Of a DNA stretch of 64,000 nt, positions 25,601 through 39,355 are shown one piece after another. The notes below the pieces were generated by a model. The model was not told where the DNA came from. It made no database searches and worked only from the letters and a program-made list of their open reading frames with translations. Location of the stretch: contig NC_087437.1 in NCBI RefSeq assembly GCF_036321535.1, positions 16,804,001 through 16,868,000 of the forward strand. Direction: 5' to 3'. The stretch is from Camelus dromedarius (Eukaryota). The translations under genes and the position numbers were made by a program. Every line of letters starts with the position of its first letter. Position 1 is the first letter of the stretch.

Positions 25601-27900
25601 AATGACTAGAGTTAAAGTACATCTTAAAATTTTAAGGTCCAAAGACAAGACTATTAACTGGGAAAATTTTGTATAAAGAAAACTCAACCTACCAAAAGAC
25701 AAGTGTGCTAATCAGTTTTCTTTTGGTGAGAAGGAATTTTACCTCAAATTGGCATAAGGGAAAAAAAGCAAAGCAAAAAAGAAATTATTGGCTTATAGAA
25801 CTGGAAAGTCTAGGGGTATTACTGACTTTAGAGACAGACTTTATCTCCTTCATAATGCTTTTCTTTCATTCTTTCACTCTCCAGCTAGTTTTTAATATGT
25901 GGTGGCAAGATGATCACCTAAGAGCTTCAGGTTCTAATAAAAGCAAAAACCCCTTTCCCACCAGATCCAGCAAAAGCCCAGGATTTGTGTTGGCTCTAAC
26001 TGGCTTGGTTTAGGTCCAGTCCCTGAACTAACTCCTGAAGGAGTCAGGCCTGGAACTAAGCGTGGACAGGAGTCAAGTTCATCCAAACCATACGTTTTAC
26101 CAAGGAAGATCTGGGAGATTTGCCAATATGGCCAGGAAAACAGGGCAATGCTATACTGGTAAAGGAACACATCCACTACAGGAAGAAAGGCAACAAAAAG
26201 ACAAAGACAGTACAAAATAAATGGCCAGAGTAAGTCCAGATTTAGTGTGAAGCACAAAACTCAGAATGGATTAAAAATCCAACTAGACACTATTCTCTAG
26301 AATCATACCTCACACAGAGGTAACTGTCACATGAGTAGTAACAAGAAATTAGGTATAGTAATGTTAATGAGACAAACAGAATTGAAAGCTTTAAAAGAAA
26401 CTTACCAGTATTTCAATAGTTGGCCATGAAAATAAGTTATGAACCTTATGCAGTACATAAAACAAATCTGATAGAAATACAAGGAAAAATGGACAGATCC
26501 ATAGTTGTATAAAAACCAGCAAATCAAATAGGCCAAAAAATAAAGAAAGAATATGGAATTAGTAAGCTTTCATACTTGGTACCCAACAAGTACACATGGA
26601 ACCATCATAAAAGTGCCAGTTTATTAAGGCACAAAGGAAACTGCCATCTTTTTTTTTAATTACTAGCATACAGGCCACACTTGTTATTTAAAATACAACC
26701 TGAAGTTTACAACAACAAAAATGCACATATCTAGAAAGTTAAAAATAAAATTTTGAAAACTTAAATATATTTTAAAGCAACTTAAGCTAAAGAGCAAGTC
26801 AAAATACAAATTACAGTTTTTTTAGAACCAGGCAATGAAAGCATTATATTTATTAAAATTTACAGGATACAGACAAGGAGAAATTTGTAACCTGTAGACT
26901 GAAATAAATGAATTAGGCTATCATCTCAAGAGGCATGAAAAAAGGATGACAAAATACACCCAAATAAAGTACATGAGAGGAAGAAGTTAAACAACTATAT
27001 TTAAACAAAAATAAATCTATGAATTTATACACACATATCCACAAAGCATACCATGTGCCAAGCACTATTCTAAGTATTTTAATTCAGTGGGTGCTCACAA
27101 AAACCCTACTTTGTAGATGCTGTTATCCCTAATTTACAGATATTAAAACTGAACTACAGAAGACTAATTTGTCAAATCTACCAATACAGAAAAAAGAATG
27201 TAACACAAATAAGTGAGTTTTATCCCAAGATTGCAATAGTGGTTCAACTTTACAAAATCTGTCATTAAAAGACTAAAAGAGAAAATATATATATATATAA
27301 GCTGATTCTTTGAAGGCATTTGATAGAATTTAATATATTTTCTGGTTTGGAAAAAAAATCAAAACTAAGCAAACTTAAGAAGAGCACCTCCTTAATGGGT
27401 AAAGGGTATTAATCCCATACCCGAGAAATAATCAGTTAAAAATATAATAGGAAAAAATCCTATTTGTGATATCAAGAAAAAATGACTTAAAATATATATG
27501 AAGAAAACATAGTAAAATTCCACTAAAAGTTATAAAGATCATTCCCCATGTTAAAATTAATTTATTAATTTGATATAATCCCCCAAAATATGTTGTAGAA
27601 TTTGTTCAACTAATTCTAAAACTCACATTGAATAATAAATACAAAAGAATAGCAGTGAGTTTTGAAAAGAAACAAAGGTATGGTAGGGCACAGAGAAAAG
27701 TGTACTTACAAAGCCATAGTAATTAAATTCAGTATAGTATCCACACCAAAACAGAAGATTTATGTATAGCAATGTAGTATATGATAAAGATAGTCTTAAA
27801 TGTGTCGAGAAAAGGCTAACTCATCAGTAAAATGTTGGTGGGTGAAAAAAAGTACATATTCAACTAATATCTGCATGCCTAAAAGACTTTAAAAGCAAAA
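22700..27900 (+). mobile_element. Mosaic of highly decayed L1 (L1MC/ME-like) fragments interrupted by other repeats
   Basis: A-rich sequence with ORF1/ORF2-like remnants (e.g. gtgaatgtaaatgga, tttatcccaagattgcaatagtggttcaac); boundaries uncertain. Confidence 0.5.
24815..25140 (+). mobile_element. MER58B-like hAT-Charlie non-autonomous DNA transposon
   Basis: CAGG...CCCTG termini; gccaggtagtaaatatttcagactttgc, gaatgtggctatgttccaataaaatttta. Confidence 0.8.
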
Positions 27901-28099
27901 AAGTGAGAGGAGAAATTTATAAGGAAATTATTTATAGGTTTGAGTATATTTTTTAAAAAGTGACAAATTCTGTATCACAAACAAAAAGCAGAGGAATTGG
28001 GTTGAGTAATGTTCTTTCATAAATTCTTTCATAAATTCTTCAAGGTCAAGAACATGAATTTCACCCTGGAAGTCATAATGAAAATTCCTACTTCTCCAA

Positions 28100-31000
28100 C
28101 AATTAAAATGTAATGGCCCAATGTAACAATTTTAAATGTATTTGTACTTAACCACAGAGGCTCAAAATACAGAAAACAAAAATTGCCAGACAATTCAACA
28201 ATTACAGTTGGAGATTTCAACACACCTCTTACAGTAATTGATAGAGCTAGAGACAATCAGTAAGGATACAGAAGACTTGAACAACACAGTGTATTTGATC
28301 TAGTCAATATATACACTCCACAAAACAGCAGCAAAATACACATTTTTCTCAAGTGCACATGGAACTTCTTCAGAACAGACCATACGTTAGGTGAATAAAA
28401 TAAGATTCAATAAATTCTGATGGATTACAGTAATATAAAGTATGTTGGCTGACCATAGTAGAATTAAATTAAATATCCATCAGTAACAGAAAGGAATCTG
28501 GGAACCCCAAAATATTTGGAAATTAAATAATACATTTCTAAAGACACATGGGTCAAAGAAGGCACTGCAGGGAAGTTTAATGTTTTGAAATGAATGAAAA
28601 TAAAAGAAAATGTGTGGGATGCAGTTAAAGCAGTGCTTAGAGGAATATTTATGGCTCAGGTCTAACATCAATAATATCATCTTCCACCTTAAAAAGGTAG
28701 AAAAAGGAAGAGCTAACCAAACCCAAAATAAGTAGAAAGAAGGAAATAAAAAAGATCAGAGTAGGAATCCATGAAATAGATAATAGGAAAACAATATCAA
28801 AGAACTGATGAAACTAAAAGTTGGTTCTTTGGAAAGCTTTAAAAAAAAAAAAAAGATAAAGTTTTAGCTAGACCAAGGAGGGGGGAAAAAGAGACAGGAA
28901 TGAAGGAGGATGCATCACTATAGATACTACAGAGATTAAAATAAGTGTAACGGAATATTGTGAACAACTTTATCCCAATAAATTACACATCTTAGATGAT
29001 ATGGGACATAATCTAGAAAAACTCAAATTACCAAAACTGGCTCAAGAAGAAACAGAAAATCAGAATAGGCTATATCAAGTAAACATACTGAATAAGTTAT
29101 TAAAAGTTTTCCCCCCAAAGTCCAGGTCCAGATAGTTTCAATGGTTAAGTTCTGTCAAACGTTTAAGGGGAAAAATAATACCAATCTTCCATGACTACTT
29201 TCAGAAAATAATAGTAGGAGGGAACACTTCTAAAACTTATTTTTAGAAAGACAGTATTACTCTGATACCAGAGCAAGACAGAGATGTCACAAGGAATGAA
29301 AACTACAAGCCAGTATCCCCCATGGACATCAATATAAAACTTCTTACAAAATATTAGCATACAAATCCAGCAACATATAAAAAAGATTATACACTCTAAG
29401 TGGGGTTTACCCCAGGAAGGGAAGGCTGGCTTACCGTCTGAAAATCTGTTAATGTAGTATAATAAAAGACAAAAAAAAAAAACCACATGATCATTTCTAT
29501 AGAAAGAAAAAAAAAAAAGCATTTGACAAAATCCAGCTTCCATTCACAGTAACTCTTACCCAAGTAAGGATAGAAGGGAACTTCCTTAACCTGATAAAAT
29601 GCATCTATAATTAACATCATACTTATGATGAAAAACTGAACACCTTCCTGCTAAGATTAGGAACAAGGCAAGAATGTTTCTCTTCCTCACCATTTCTACT
29701 CAGCATTTTAACTGAGGTTCCTGTCCTGTGCTGTAAGGCAAGAAAAAGTCATTAAAAGTCTTCCGATTGGAAAGGAAGACGTTCATAGATAATGTATCCT
29801 TTAAGTAGAAAACACCAAGAAATCTGCATAAAAGCTCCCTGAACTAATATATGAGTTAACAAAGTCTTAGAATACAAGCTCAGTGTACAAAAATCAGTTG
29901 TATTTCCAGGGACTAGCAATGAGCAATGAAATAGTGAAATTCAAATAAAAATAATAATTCTATTCAGAATAGCATCAAAAATACTTAGGAATAAATATAA
30001 TAAAAGAACTATAATACTTGCACACCAAAAACTGCAAAACAGTGCTGAGCAAAATTAAAGACCCAAATAATGAGAATTAGAAAGCTCAGTATTGTTAAAA
30101 TGTCAGTTCTTCCCAAATTGATCTGCAGATTTAACCCATCCCCTATCAAAGTCCCTACAGGCTTTTGCTATAGAAATTGGCAAATTGACCCAAAAATTTA
30201 TATAGAAATGCAGAGTACCTAAAATAGCCAAACACTTTTTAAAAAGAACAAAGTTGAAGGACCTATGCTGCCTGACTTCAAAACTTACCATAAAGGAAAC
30301 AATCATCAAGACATTGTAGAACTGGTAAGTATACACATAGGTCAATGAAACACTGTAGAAATAGACCCTCATATATATGGCCAGTTAATTTTCAACCAAA
30401 GGGAAAAGGGTAGTCTTTTCAAAATGATGCTGAAATAATCGGATGTCCATATGCAAAAAAAGAACCCATAATCCGTATCTCATACCATATGCAAAAATAA
30501 TTATCTCAAAATGGAAGAGACCAAAATGTAAAAGCTAAAATTCTAAAGCTTCTAGAATGAAACATGGGAGAAAATCATTGTGAACTTGGGTTAGGCAAGA
30601 GCAATAAAAATATTAATAAATTGGACTTCCTTCAAAATTAAAAACGATTGTTCTTCAAAGACACCATTCAAAAAATCAAGAGACACACTAGGGGAAAATA
30701 TTTCCAGAACATTCTGATAAAGACCTCTATCCATAATATATAAAGAATATTTACAGCTCAATAATAAAAAAAGACAATCTTATTTTTTAAATGGGCAAAA
30801 TATTTGAATAAACATTTAACTAAATTAGAGGTACAAACAGCAAATAGGTATATGAAAAGATGCTTTACATCGTTAGACATTAGGAAAATGTTAATTAAAA
30901 CCACAGTGAGATTCACTACACAGTCACTGGAACACCTAAAATCACCAGTTGGCAATAGTGTGGAGAAGCTGGAGCCTCCCCTCATACATTGGACTGATGG

Positions 31001-31590
31001 GGATGTAATATTATATAGCCTCTTTAGAAACATTCGGCAATTTCTTAAAAAGTTAAACACACTTATTATATGAATCAGCAATTCCACTCCTAGGAATCTA
31101 CCCAAGAGAAATGTTCACTCAAAGACTTGTACATGAAAGTTTATAGCAATATTATTCATGGTAGCCCCAAACTGGAAATAATCCAAATATCCACTAAACT
31201 GGTAAACTGAAAAATACAGTATGTCCATATAATGGAATGCTGCTCAGCAATAAAAAAAAAAGGAATGAACTATTGACAAACATAACAATATGAGTGAATC
31301 TCAAGCCAGGGGAAGGAAGCTAGACAAAAAGAGTATATTCCAATTTGGCATGATTTCCATTTATGTAAAATTCTAGAAAACGCATGCTAATCTACAATGA
31401 CAGAAAGCAAACCAGTGGGGAGGGCCGTAGTGGTTATAAAGGAGAATGAGAACCTTTTGTAGGGGGATGGCTATTTCATGATCTTGATTGTTGCAATGCT
31501 TTTACAGGTATATACAAAAGGCAAAATTTATTAATTGTACACTTTAAATATGAGCAACTTATTATATGTCAATTACATCTCAATAAATAA
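28100..31590 (+). mobile_element. L1 ORF2 to 3' end (L1MB/MC-like), decayed
   Basis: Endonuclease motif gttggagatttcaacacacctct, RT region, 3' end ...tcaattacatctcaataaa. Confidence 0.88.
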
Positions 31591-31930
31591 AAGAACTCCT
31601 AATACATGTAACAATATGGATGAATCTCAAAAATACCATTCTACAGGAAAGAAGCCAGACACTAAAGACTACATATTATTGATTCTATCTATGTGAAATT
31701 TCTAGAAAAGGCAAAATTATAGAACCAGAAAGCAGGTCAGTGGTTGTCTAGTTCCAGGATTGAGAGTAGAAAGTGAATGCAGACAGACGCAAGGGAGAGG
31801 AGGGACAGATGGAGAGATGAAAGTATTCTAAAATTGGATTGTGGCGACGGTTGCACAGTTGTAAAAATTTACTAAAGCACATTAAACACTTATGATCAGT
31901 GAACTCTATGATATGTAAATTAAAGTTAAA
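31591..31930 (+). mobile_element. Second L1 3' end fragment directly behind the previous L1
   Basis: atggatgaatctcaaaa...aagaagccagacac...ttctagaaaaggcaaaa...gtggcgacggttgcacag. Confidence 0.75.
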
Positions 31931-33489
31931 TTAAACTTTTTTTAAAAGTGAGAGGCAAAAGAAGTATAGCTTATTAAATTGGTAGTAATTTTTTAAAGAT
32001 GGTATTAATTCAATGAATGTTTGCATTCCTCCTGTGTACTAAGCATTACTGGATATTGGTGAGCACAGACAGGATCCCTGCCTTAGCAGGGAGAAACAGG
32101 CAGGTGCAATTAAAATAGTGCCCGAACTGCTCTCACAGAAGCTGCAGGTTGTAGTAACACCTCACTCCAGGCTCACTGTACAGTAGGACAAACACTTTCA
32201 GATATTGCTGGCAGAAGCAAATTGGCCCAGCCCCCCTGGAAATTAATTTGACAATATGTTGCAAAAGCCTGAATTTATACCCTTTGACTCACAATTCTAA
32301 TTCTGGGTATCTATTGTAAATAATCAGGAATTTAGATAGAACTGTTCTATCCAAACGATTGGCACTGGTCACAGGTAATTCTAAAATAAAAAAATTCAAA
32401 GCAACACAAATGTACAATAATAGTTAAGTAAGTCATGGTATCCGTGTGTCATATAATGCAGACATTTAAATTTAGTGCTTGCACAAAAACATAACAGAAA
32501 AATGAGGGTTATAAAATTGTGATATAATCTCAGTATTAAAAATGTGTGTCACTATCTGCACAAGCTAAATGATAAGGCTCCAGAATATTAACAGCGGTTA
32601 ACTCTGGGCTGTGGGATTGCAAGTAATTTGGCTTTTTATACTGTTCTGTAACTTACAAGATTTATATAATGAGCATGTATTACTTCCATAAACAGGAAAA
32701 AGTTATTTTTCCCCTTTAACTGTTGACATAGGTAATATGTATTCACTGAGTTAGAAAATAGAAATGAAAATCTTCACCTAAAATCCACCACGAGAGACAG
32801 TCTGATTTATCATTTAGGAGTATATCCTTCACATTTCTTTGCAAATAGATAAGTCATTTGTTTTACAAAAACAGAGTTTTATACTATATATTGGTTTGTA
32901 ACCTGCATTAAAAGAAGAAAAAAAAAAGAGATAACAGGTCTAAACACTTAAGTTTGTTAGCCTAAAAAGATGAGAACCTGATGGCAGCTAAAGAGAATAA
33001 TTGGCTCAAGCAAAAGGCTTTTTCTAGTTGTGGTGGTGCTCAGAGAAGGAGCCAGTGTGTGGAAGGGAGAGACAGGAGACAAAGGGACGCAGACAGAAGG
33101 ACAGGTGAGGGGTCACGAGAGGGAGAAGCAGAGACCAGCTGTGGTGAAATTCGACCAGTGTGTATATGAGAGGCTTCTGCTGGACACCCTCTTCTCATGT
33201 TGTGGGAGATAAGCTAAGGGCTGCGCAGAGCACATGTGGGTGACGAGGTCTCGAGGGGAGAGGAGCCTTCCGACAGCCGCAGCCTGCAGAGCGAGCACTA
33301 GAATGTCAACAAACGAGGCCTGTTTACAGCTGTTAATAGCTGACCGCCATGGTTCGAAATTCCAGACCCAGAATTCCAAGGCTACACCACCAAGTGCTTC
33401 ATCTCAAGAAGAATTACAAATAAGTCAGGGTGAGTTCGTCCAACAGAAATTACCAGACTCAAATATTAGAAAGGGAGGAAGAATGGGTA

Positions 33490-34250
33490 GTACCACGGAA
33501 AGGCAGAGGCTTAGGAGCCAGACAGATCTGGCTCTGCCTGCCACTCGCCAGCTGGGCAGGTTATCTGACTCCTGAGGCTCAGGTTCAGAAGATACCAGCA
33601 GCTACCTTCCAAGCTTGTGAGAACCTCATACACATAAACACCTGGCACGCAGGAGACACCTGACCAATCGTAACTATTACTGAAAGGTTAAAAGCCCAGA
33701 ATTTGGAGTTAGACAGATTTATTAAATTCAAATCCTTGCTCTATCACTTAGGCGTGCAAGCCTCAGTGGGGACACGCCTGCCACACGGCCCTCTTTAAGG
33801 ATTAAATAAAACAATGTATATATTATATTTTGCCCTTAGGCATAGTGCCTGTGTGATCAATCAACAATGGCTGTTATTACTACCACGGCTGTGATCCTGG
33901 CCACATTACATAACCTCTCTGAACTAGAATTCAGTCAGGTGTAACATTAGCATTCCACTGCCGACCTCGTCCCCTTCATTCCCAGAACACAGAACAAGGC
34001 ACACAGTTGGCACACAGTACATATCGGCTGCGTCAACAACAGGACTGTTCTCAGAACTAGAGATAATGTATGTAATGTATCTGACAGCGTCTGGCATGTA
34101 AGTTCTGGGGACAGTGGACCCATTGGTGATTCCACTGGAACATGGGCTCCTTTAGGGCAAAAGCACCATGTTTTACTCATCTGGTAACCCCAGCACCTGG
34201 CAGACTGTCGGGGATGTGACCTCAGAAGATATTTACTGAGTGGCACAGAA
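33490..34250. mobile_element. Cluster of MIR and L2 relics
   Basis: ggagccagacagatctgg, ttcaaatccttgctctatcactt, cccagcacctggcagactgtcggg...tatttactgag. Confidence 0.5.
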
Positions 34251-35252
34251 GGCAGCAATAATGCAGAAGCTACCCTCACTACAAGGATAACTGCAGGAGC
34301 CCAGACAGCTTGACCCTCCAAAAACAACTTGAAATTCTCCATCTACTTTACCATCTAACATTATAGGTCGCCTTTGGGCAGTGCCTGTACCAGCTGATTC
34401 AAGGTAATGCTTTCAATAAGTAACCTAGTAATTAAAAATAATAAGTAACCTAGGAATGACTCCATATTTCAGTGATGTGAAAGAGGGCCGAGGGTACAGG
34501 AATGAGGCTGCAAACATCGTGAATTATTCCATCTAGCACACAACACGATCACAGCATACAACAGTGTTTTGTATAAATTCAGCCAAGCTAATGAATGGTC
34601 ACAGGGGAAACCAGAAAGCCAGGGTACCAGTTACATAAACTTGTTCAACTAAATGTGTCACCTATATGGAGATAACAGGTTATGACACCAGATTTGTTTG
34701 AATTAACATTCTTACGATTTCTTCAGTAAGCTTAAAATGCCACAAAAATTGTTAAAAGCTGGCTAAAAGGTACTCCATGTTGCTTTCTTAAACTGAGACC
34801 TGCAATAATCAGAAACAAGCTTTTCTGCCCATTTGGCAAATACTTGATTGCCTCAATTTTTAGTTAAAAGTCTCACATTATCTTAAAAATACTTTCTTAC
34901 AGGATATTCTGGTATTTCACCAATAGCTTTACATTTGATTAACCTAGATTAAGCACAATTTTCTTTTTTATTCTGAGTCTTTATCTGATTAGTAAAGATA
35001 GGCTTGCTGCAGAAAATGGAAAATATAAAGATATTAAAATCACCCTTGGTTCAGTCATCCAGGTATAACCATTATTTACACTTCGGTATATTTCCTTTTG
35101 ATGCTTAATGTTACTAGTGTGTTCAAAAACATGACTTACAATGGTGCAGGGTATTCTCTCAAGCAGTAACACATCCATTTTCCCTGTCATTAGACATTTA
35201 CATAATTTAGAAGAACTGTTTTCTACTGAATGTTTTTAAAGGTGGCTTTTCC

Positions 35253-35500
35253 TTTTTTTTTTTTCTTAAGTGAAAGCAGGTTTATTTAGAGAGATACACA
35301 CTCCACAGAGTGGGGTCTGTCTCAGAAGGGAAAACGGCTTAGGAGATAGACACTCCATACACAGAATGTGGGCCATCTCAGAAAGGCGAGAGGGAGAGAG
35401 ATGGAGAGGTGTGGGGGTGTTTAGTTTAAAGTAAAAGTAGATCCACACTCCATAGACAGAGTGCGGGCCGTCTCAGAATGCAGGAGAGCGAGCGACCCCC
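35253..35500 (-). mobile_element. Polyadenylated LTR-like retrosequence with three internal ~40-bp repeats
   Basis: Minus strand: GGGGGTCGCTCGCTCTC...ctctAAATAAAcctgctttcacttaag + A12; repeat units at 35291-35327, 35343-35383 and 35438-35478. Confidence 0.65.
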
Positions 35501-36214
35501 TTTATTTATATTAAATATAAACATACATTGAATTAGCCTTTGTAAGAGTTCTACCATTTACTTCAATCAGCACTGGAAAAAAAAAGACACTGCAGGCAAA
35601 GAAGGCCACCCAAAACCCACTGGAGTGATCTTCCAGAATGTACGCTAGTGAGAGTCAAGTCTGGAGTAAAGGCTTGTGAGGAGCTAAATGTCTTCAGTGA
35701 AGTGGGGAAGTTAAGCAAAGGAGCAGCAGTAATGAAGGTGGGGTACACGTGTGTATGCTGGGGCATGAATTATAATCTTACAAGTAGAATAGTTGAGTCA
35801 TTATTTTAATAATGGTCAGTAAATAGTCTTTATTTGAACCTAAAGTTAATATATTTTAATTTTTCTGCATTCAACAAATCAATGCCCAATTTTAATTTAC
35901 TTCAATAGATATTCACTGGTACCTACTTTGCCAGACACTGTGGTTGGTAATAAAAATGAATTAAACCCTGTCCCTCCCTTCAAGTTCATAATCAGAATAT
36001 ACCTAACCCAAATTTTTATACTATCTATCCAAAACAGTAGCAGTGAACACAGATGGCTCACGACCCTAGAACTACAAGAGGCCCTCAGCCATCAGAAATG
36101 AAATGTGATCAAGTTTCTGAGGCAGGAGAGTAGGTGGTACATATTTGGAAACTTTAACAAAAATTGAAGCAAAAGATTTTTCTAGTCATTGAATGGATCA
36201 AAAAAGAAATTCTT

Positions 36215-36430
36215 GGGGGGTGGAGGGTGGGAAGGGATAGACTGGGATTTCAAAATTGTAGAATAGACTACACTGTATAGCACAGGGAAATATACACAAA
36301 ATGTTATGATAACTCACAGAGAAAAAAATGTGACAATGAGTGTGTATATGTCCATGAATAACTGAAAAATTGTGCTGAACACTGGAATTTGACACAACAT
36401 TGTAAAATGATTATAAATCAATAAAAAATT
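36215..36430 (+). mobile_element. Short young L1 3' end with TSD
   Basis: gggtgggaagggatagactgggatttc...ttgacacaacattgtaaaatgattataaatcAATAAA plus A tail; flanked by AAAAAGAAATTCTT / AAAAAAAAATTCTT. Confidence 0.85.
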
Positions 36431-37289
36431 AAAAAAAAAATTCTTTGAACCGAGTATTTCAGTTAGTCCATTTTATACAAATGGCTTGAAATAGCTGTTC
36501 TTAAAACTATAAAGGTAAAATTCATCCTTTCCTATTTCGGAAGCATTATAGACTACAAATTAGAGAACTGTTTTAACATTTTATTCTATGCTTATAGCCA
36601 CCATATATCTTAGATTTCCTCAGACAAGCCCTGAAACAAACACTCTATCCCTTTGCCCCTGTAAATAGTGAGAATCCCAAAAGTAAAATCATGCCGCAGT
36701 TCCCAGACTGGACCCTGAAACTGCACACAAATCCCTTTTCAGACCACATATTTCTGCTAACTCCAGCTATCATACTTCCGTCCCGGGAATCTGCAGAACT
36801 AGCCTTAATTCTTTTGCCCAAAATTTGCTCATCTGAAAGGGGAAACTGACTTAGGGAAACATATTGCCTGTCATAGTGCTAGCAAAAATACATGAACTAT
36901 TGTTTTTTCCCTATGTTAACAATACTGTTAACTACTAAGGTAAAGAATTTGTTCTCAGTTTGATCCATAGAGTTTCTTAATAAACTGTGAACACTGAGTT
37001 CTGCTTTAATTGACTCCTGTACTCACTTAAAAGTGGCCAATTAACATAAAATGATCTTCATTTGATCCCAGAGGAATCCAGTGACCTTCAAGTAAATCTG
37101 AAAGTGGTCATTTAGAAGGAATCAGTAAACACTCTCTCACCCTCAGGAATTCTTGGAGAACAGGATAAAGATTACGGTTCTCACAGTTCTGACTTCAGTG
37201 ACCTCAAAATGACTTCCACGTTCTCACCACTTTACTAACCCCAGCCTTCCCCAACGACTCCACCCATCGTTTTGCAGGAGCATTAGGGC

Positions 37290-38520
37290 ATCATCTTTCA
37301 TTCAGCATGACCTTTAAAGCACCTGGTGCCAGACACTGTACTACAACCCAAGGAAAACAGTGAGTTACAAGATGGACATACTACAGCTGAGTGGGGATGA
37401 CAGACATTTAATTATATAATTATGGAAAAAATTCACAGGGTAAACTGATAATGGAGTGAGGCTTGCAACTTAGGGTGCTGAGGGAAGAATTTCATGAGGA
37501 GGTGATGAGAACCTATAAGTTGAGAAGGAAACAGGCAAAAAGCAGGGAGCGAAAAAATGTTCTAGACAGAGAGAAAACTATGTGCCACGGCACTGAGGAA
37601 GGAAACTCTGTTAAGTGTGTTAAAAGGCCAGTGTCACTGGAGTATGGTAAGCAACAGAGGGAAATGTGGCTGGTAAGATGAGCAGGGGCCAGACCACGCC
37701 AGCCTAGGGAAGCTATTGAAGAGTTAAGCAAGGAAGTACTGTCACCCCACTTGGATTTCTTGAAGATTGCTCTGCTAGACTGGTAGAGGTGTAAGAGGAG
37801 AGGCCAGGAGTCATCCATAAGGAAGCCATTACAGGCGTCTAAATAAGAGATGGTGGTAGCCAAGGTCCTGGGAATCGGGAACCTTTTAAGTGACATCTCA
37901 GACTAAAAGATGAGCACAAGGTAACCAAAGGGAGAAGGGTACTGCAGGCCACTGGAAAACACTTAGCAGCATCAGGTCCCACGACCACAACCCGCTCTGA
38001 CACTGTAAACAGTCTGGCATGGCCGTAGCAGAGGATGTGCGACAGGAGCAGAGGCAGGAAGGCTAGCGGGTGAAAACCACTGCGGGGACCCGAGCAGGAA
38101 AGCAGAGTGCCCCGAACTTAGTCCGCGGCGATGAAGACACCACTGCGTCCATGTGGTGCTGAGCGTGGTGGGAGAGCCTGGCTGGATTTGAAGAGGGGAG
38201 GGGAGAGAAAAAGGGAACTTGGAATAACTTTGGCTTATGGCTTTGAGTGGGCAGATCATGGTGTTCACTACAACAGGGAGAGCCAGGGGCGTGGGAAGGA
38301 CGGGCCCCGGTTTGTACATGCTGCCACACTGGAGGAGCCACACAGACAGCTGGATACATGGCATCTCCAGCTTAGAAAGAGGCTGAGGTTGGACATGTAC
38401 ACTGAGAAACCACAGGTGAACAAGTGGTGGATAAAATCATGAGAAAGACTGATTGCTCAAGGAAGCACAAAATGAAGGAAGTTAGTCCAGAACTCTGGGA
38501 CGCACTGACACTGAAGGGGC
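37290..38520 (-). mobile_element. L2 relic (antisense), fragmented
   Basis: gcacctggtgccagacactgtacta, aagattgctctgctag, ggagccacacagacagctggatacatgg; boundaries approximate. Confidence 0.6.
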
Positions 38521-38531
38521 AAGACTTAGAG

Positions 38532-38767
38532 CAGGGTTTCTCAAAAACAGCACTGATTGTCTTAAGCTGGGTAATTCTGTTGTGAGGCATTGTCTAGCAC
38601 ATTGTAGGATGTTTAGCAACATTTCTGGACTCTACCCACTAGATGCCAATAGGACCGACCCAGTTCTGACAGTCAAGTATGTCTCCAAAAAAAATGTGTC
38701 TCTCCAGACATTGCCAAATGTCCCCATCAGCGGCCCTGGGGGGATGACCCCCAGTTGAGAACTACTG
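38532..38767 (+). mobile_element. MER20 (hAT-Charlie) element
   Basis: CAGGGTTTCTCAA...TTGAGAACTACTG terminal repeats; core cattgtaggatgtttagcaacat...ctctacccactagatgcc; degraded 8-bp TSD acttagag / aattaggg. Confidence 0.88.
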
Positions 38768-39194
38768 AATTAGGGTAAGAGGAGTCACCGCGACACTGAC
38801 AAAAGGACACTGACAAGGTTTTGAATAAACTCCTTCAATCCATAAGATTCCTCCAAAGTTTCTGTGTATATTACTGCTCTTAGTCCCTTGAAAGTACAGA
38901 ATAAATGCAGGTGACATTCCACTACATCCAACCCATTGGGCATGGAATATTTTTAAGTACAAGAATGGATCATATCCATTGTTAGAAGTCCATTTGTGGT
39001 ATGAAGTTACAGTGGGGGGAAAATATGTATTCTTTTGTAAAAACAAAAATTCTATTCACAGGTTACACAAAAAATGTGACCCTGCCTCCCAGTATAGGAT
39101 TAGTTTTCACCATTCTGCTTCAGTAAGCCCCTGCACTGTTCCATCATGAGAATAGTACCTTATATTTTCCAAGAGTTTCTGATTTATAGGCCCT

Positions 39195-39355
39195 GTCACC
39201 TAATCTCCATTCAACCCTTATAAGGGGAAGGAAATGCTAATAGTGGAGGAAACTGATGCAGAGGGGTTAAGTAACAAGCCCAATGTCACCAAACTGACAC
39301 AAAGTGACCAAACTGAGATTAGAACCCGACTTTGGACTCCAAAGCCTATGCTCTG
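39195..39355. mobile_element. MIR SINE relic
   Basis: gaggaaactgatgcagaggggttaagtaacaagcccaatgtcac core. Confidence 0.7.

Noticed and set aside
35291..35478. CRISPR-like repeat-spacer array
   Set aside because: Eukaryotic context, diverged repeats, irregular spacers and no cas genes
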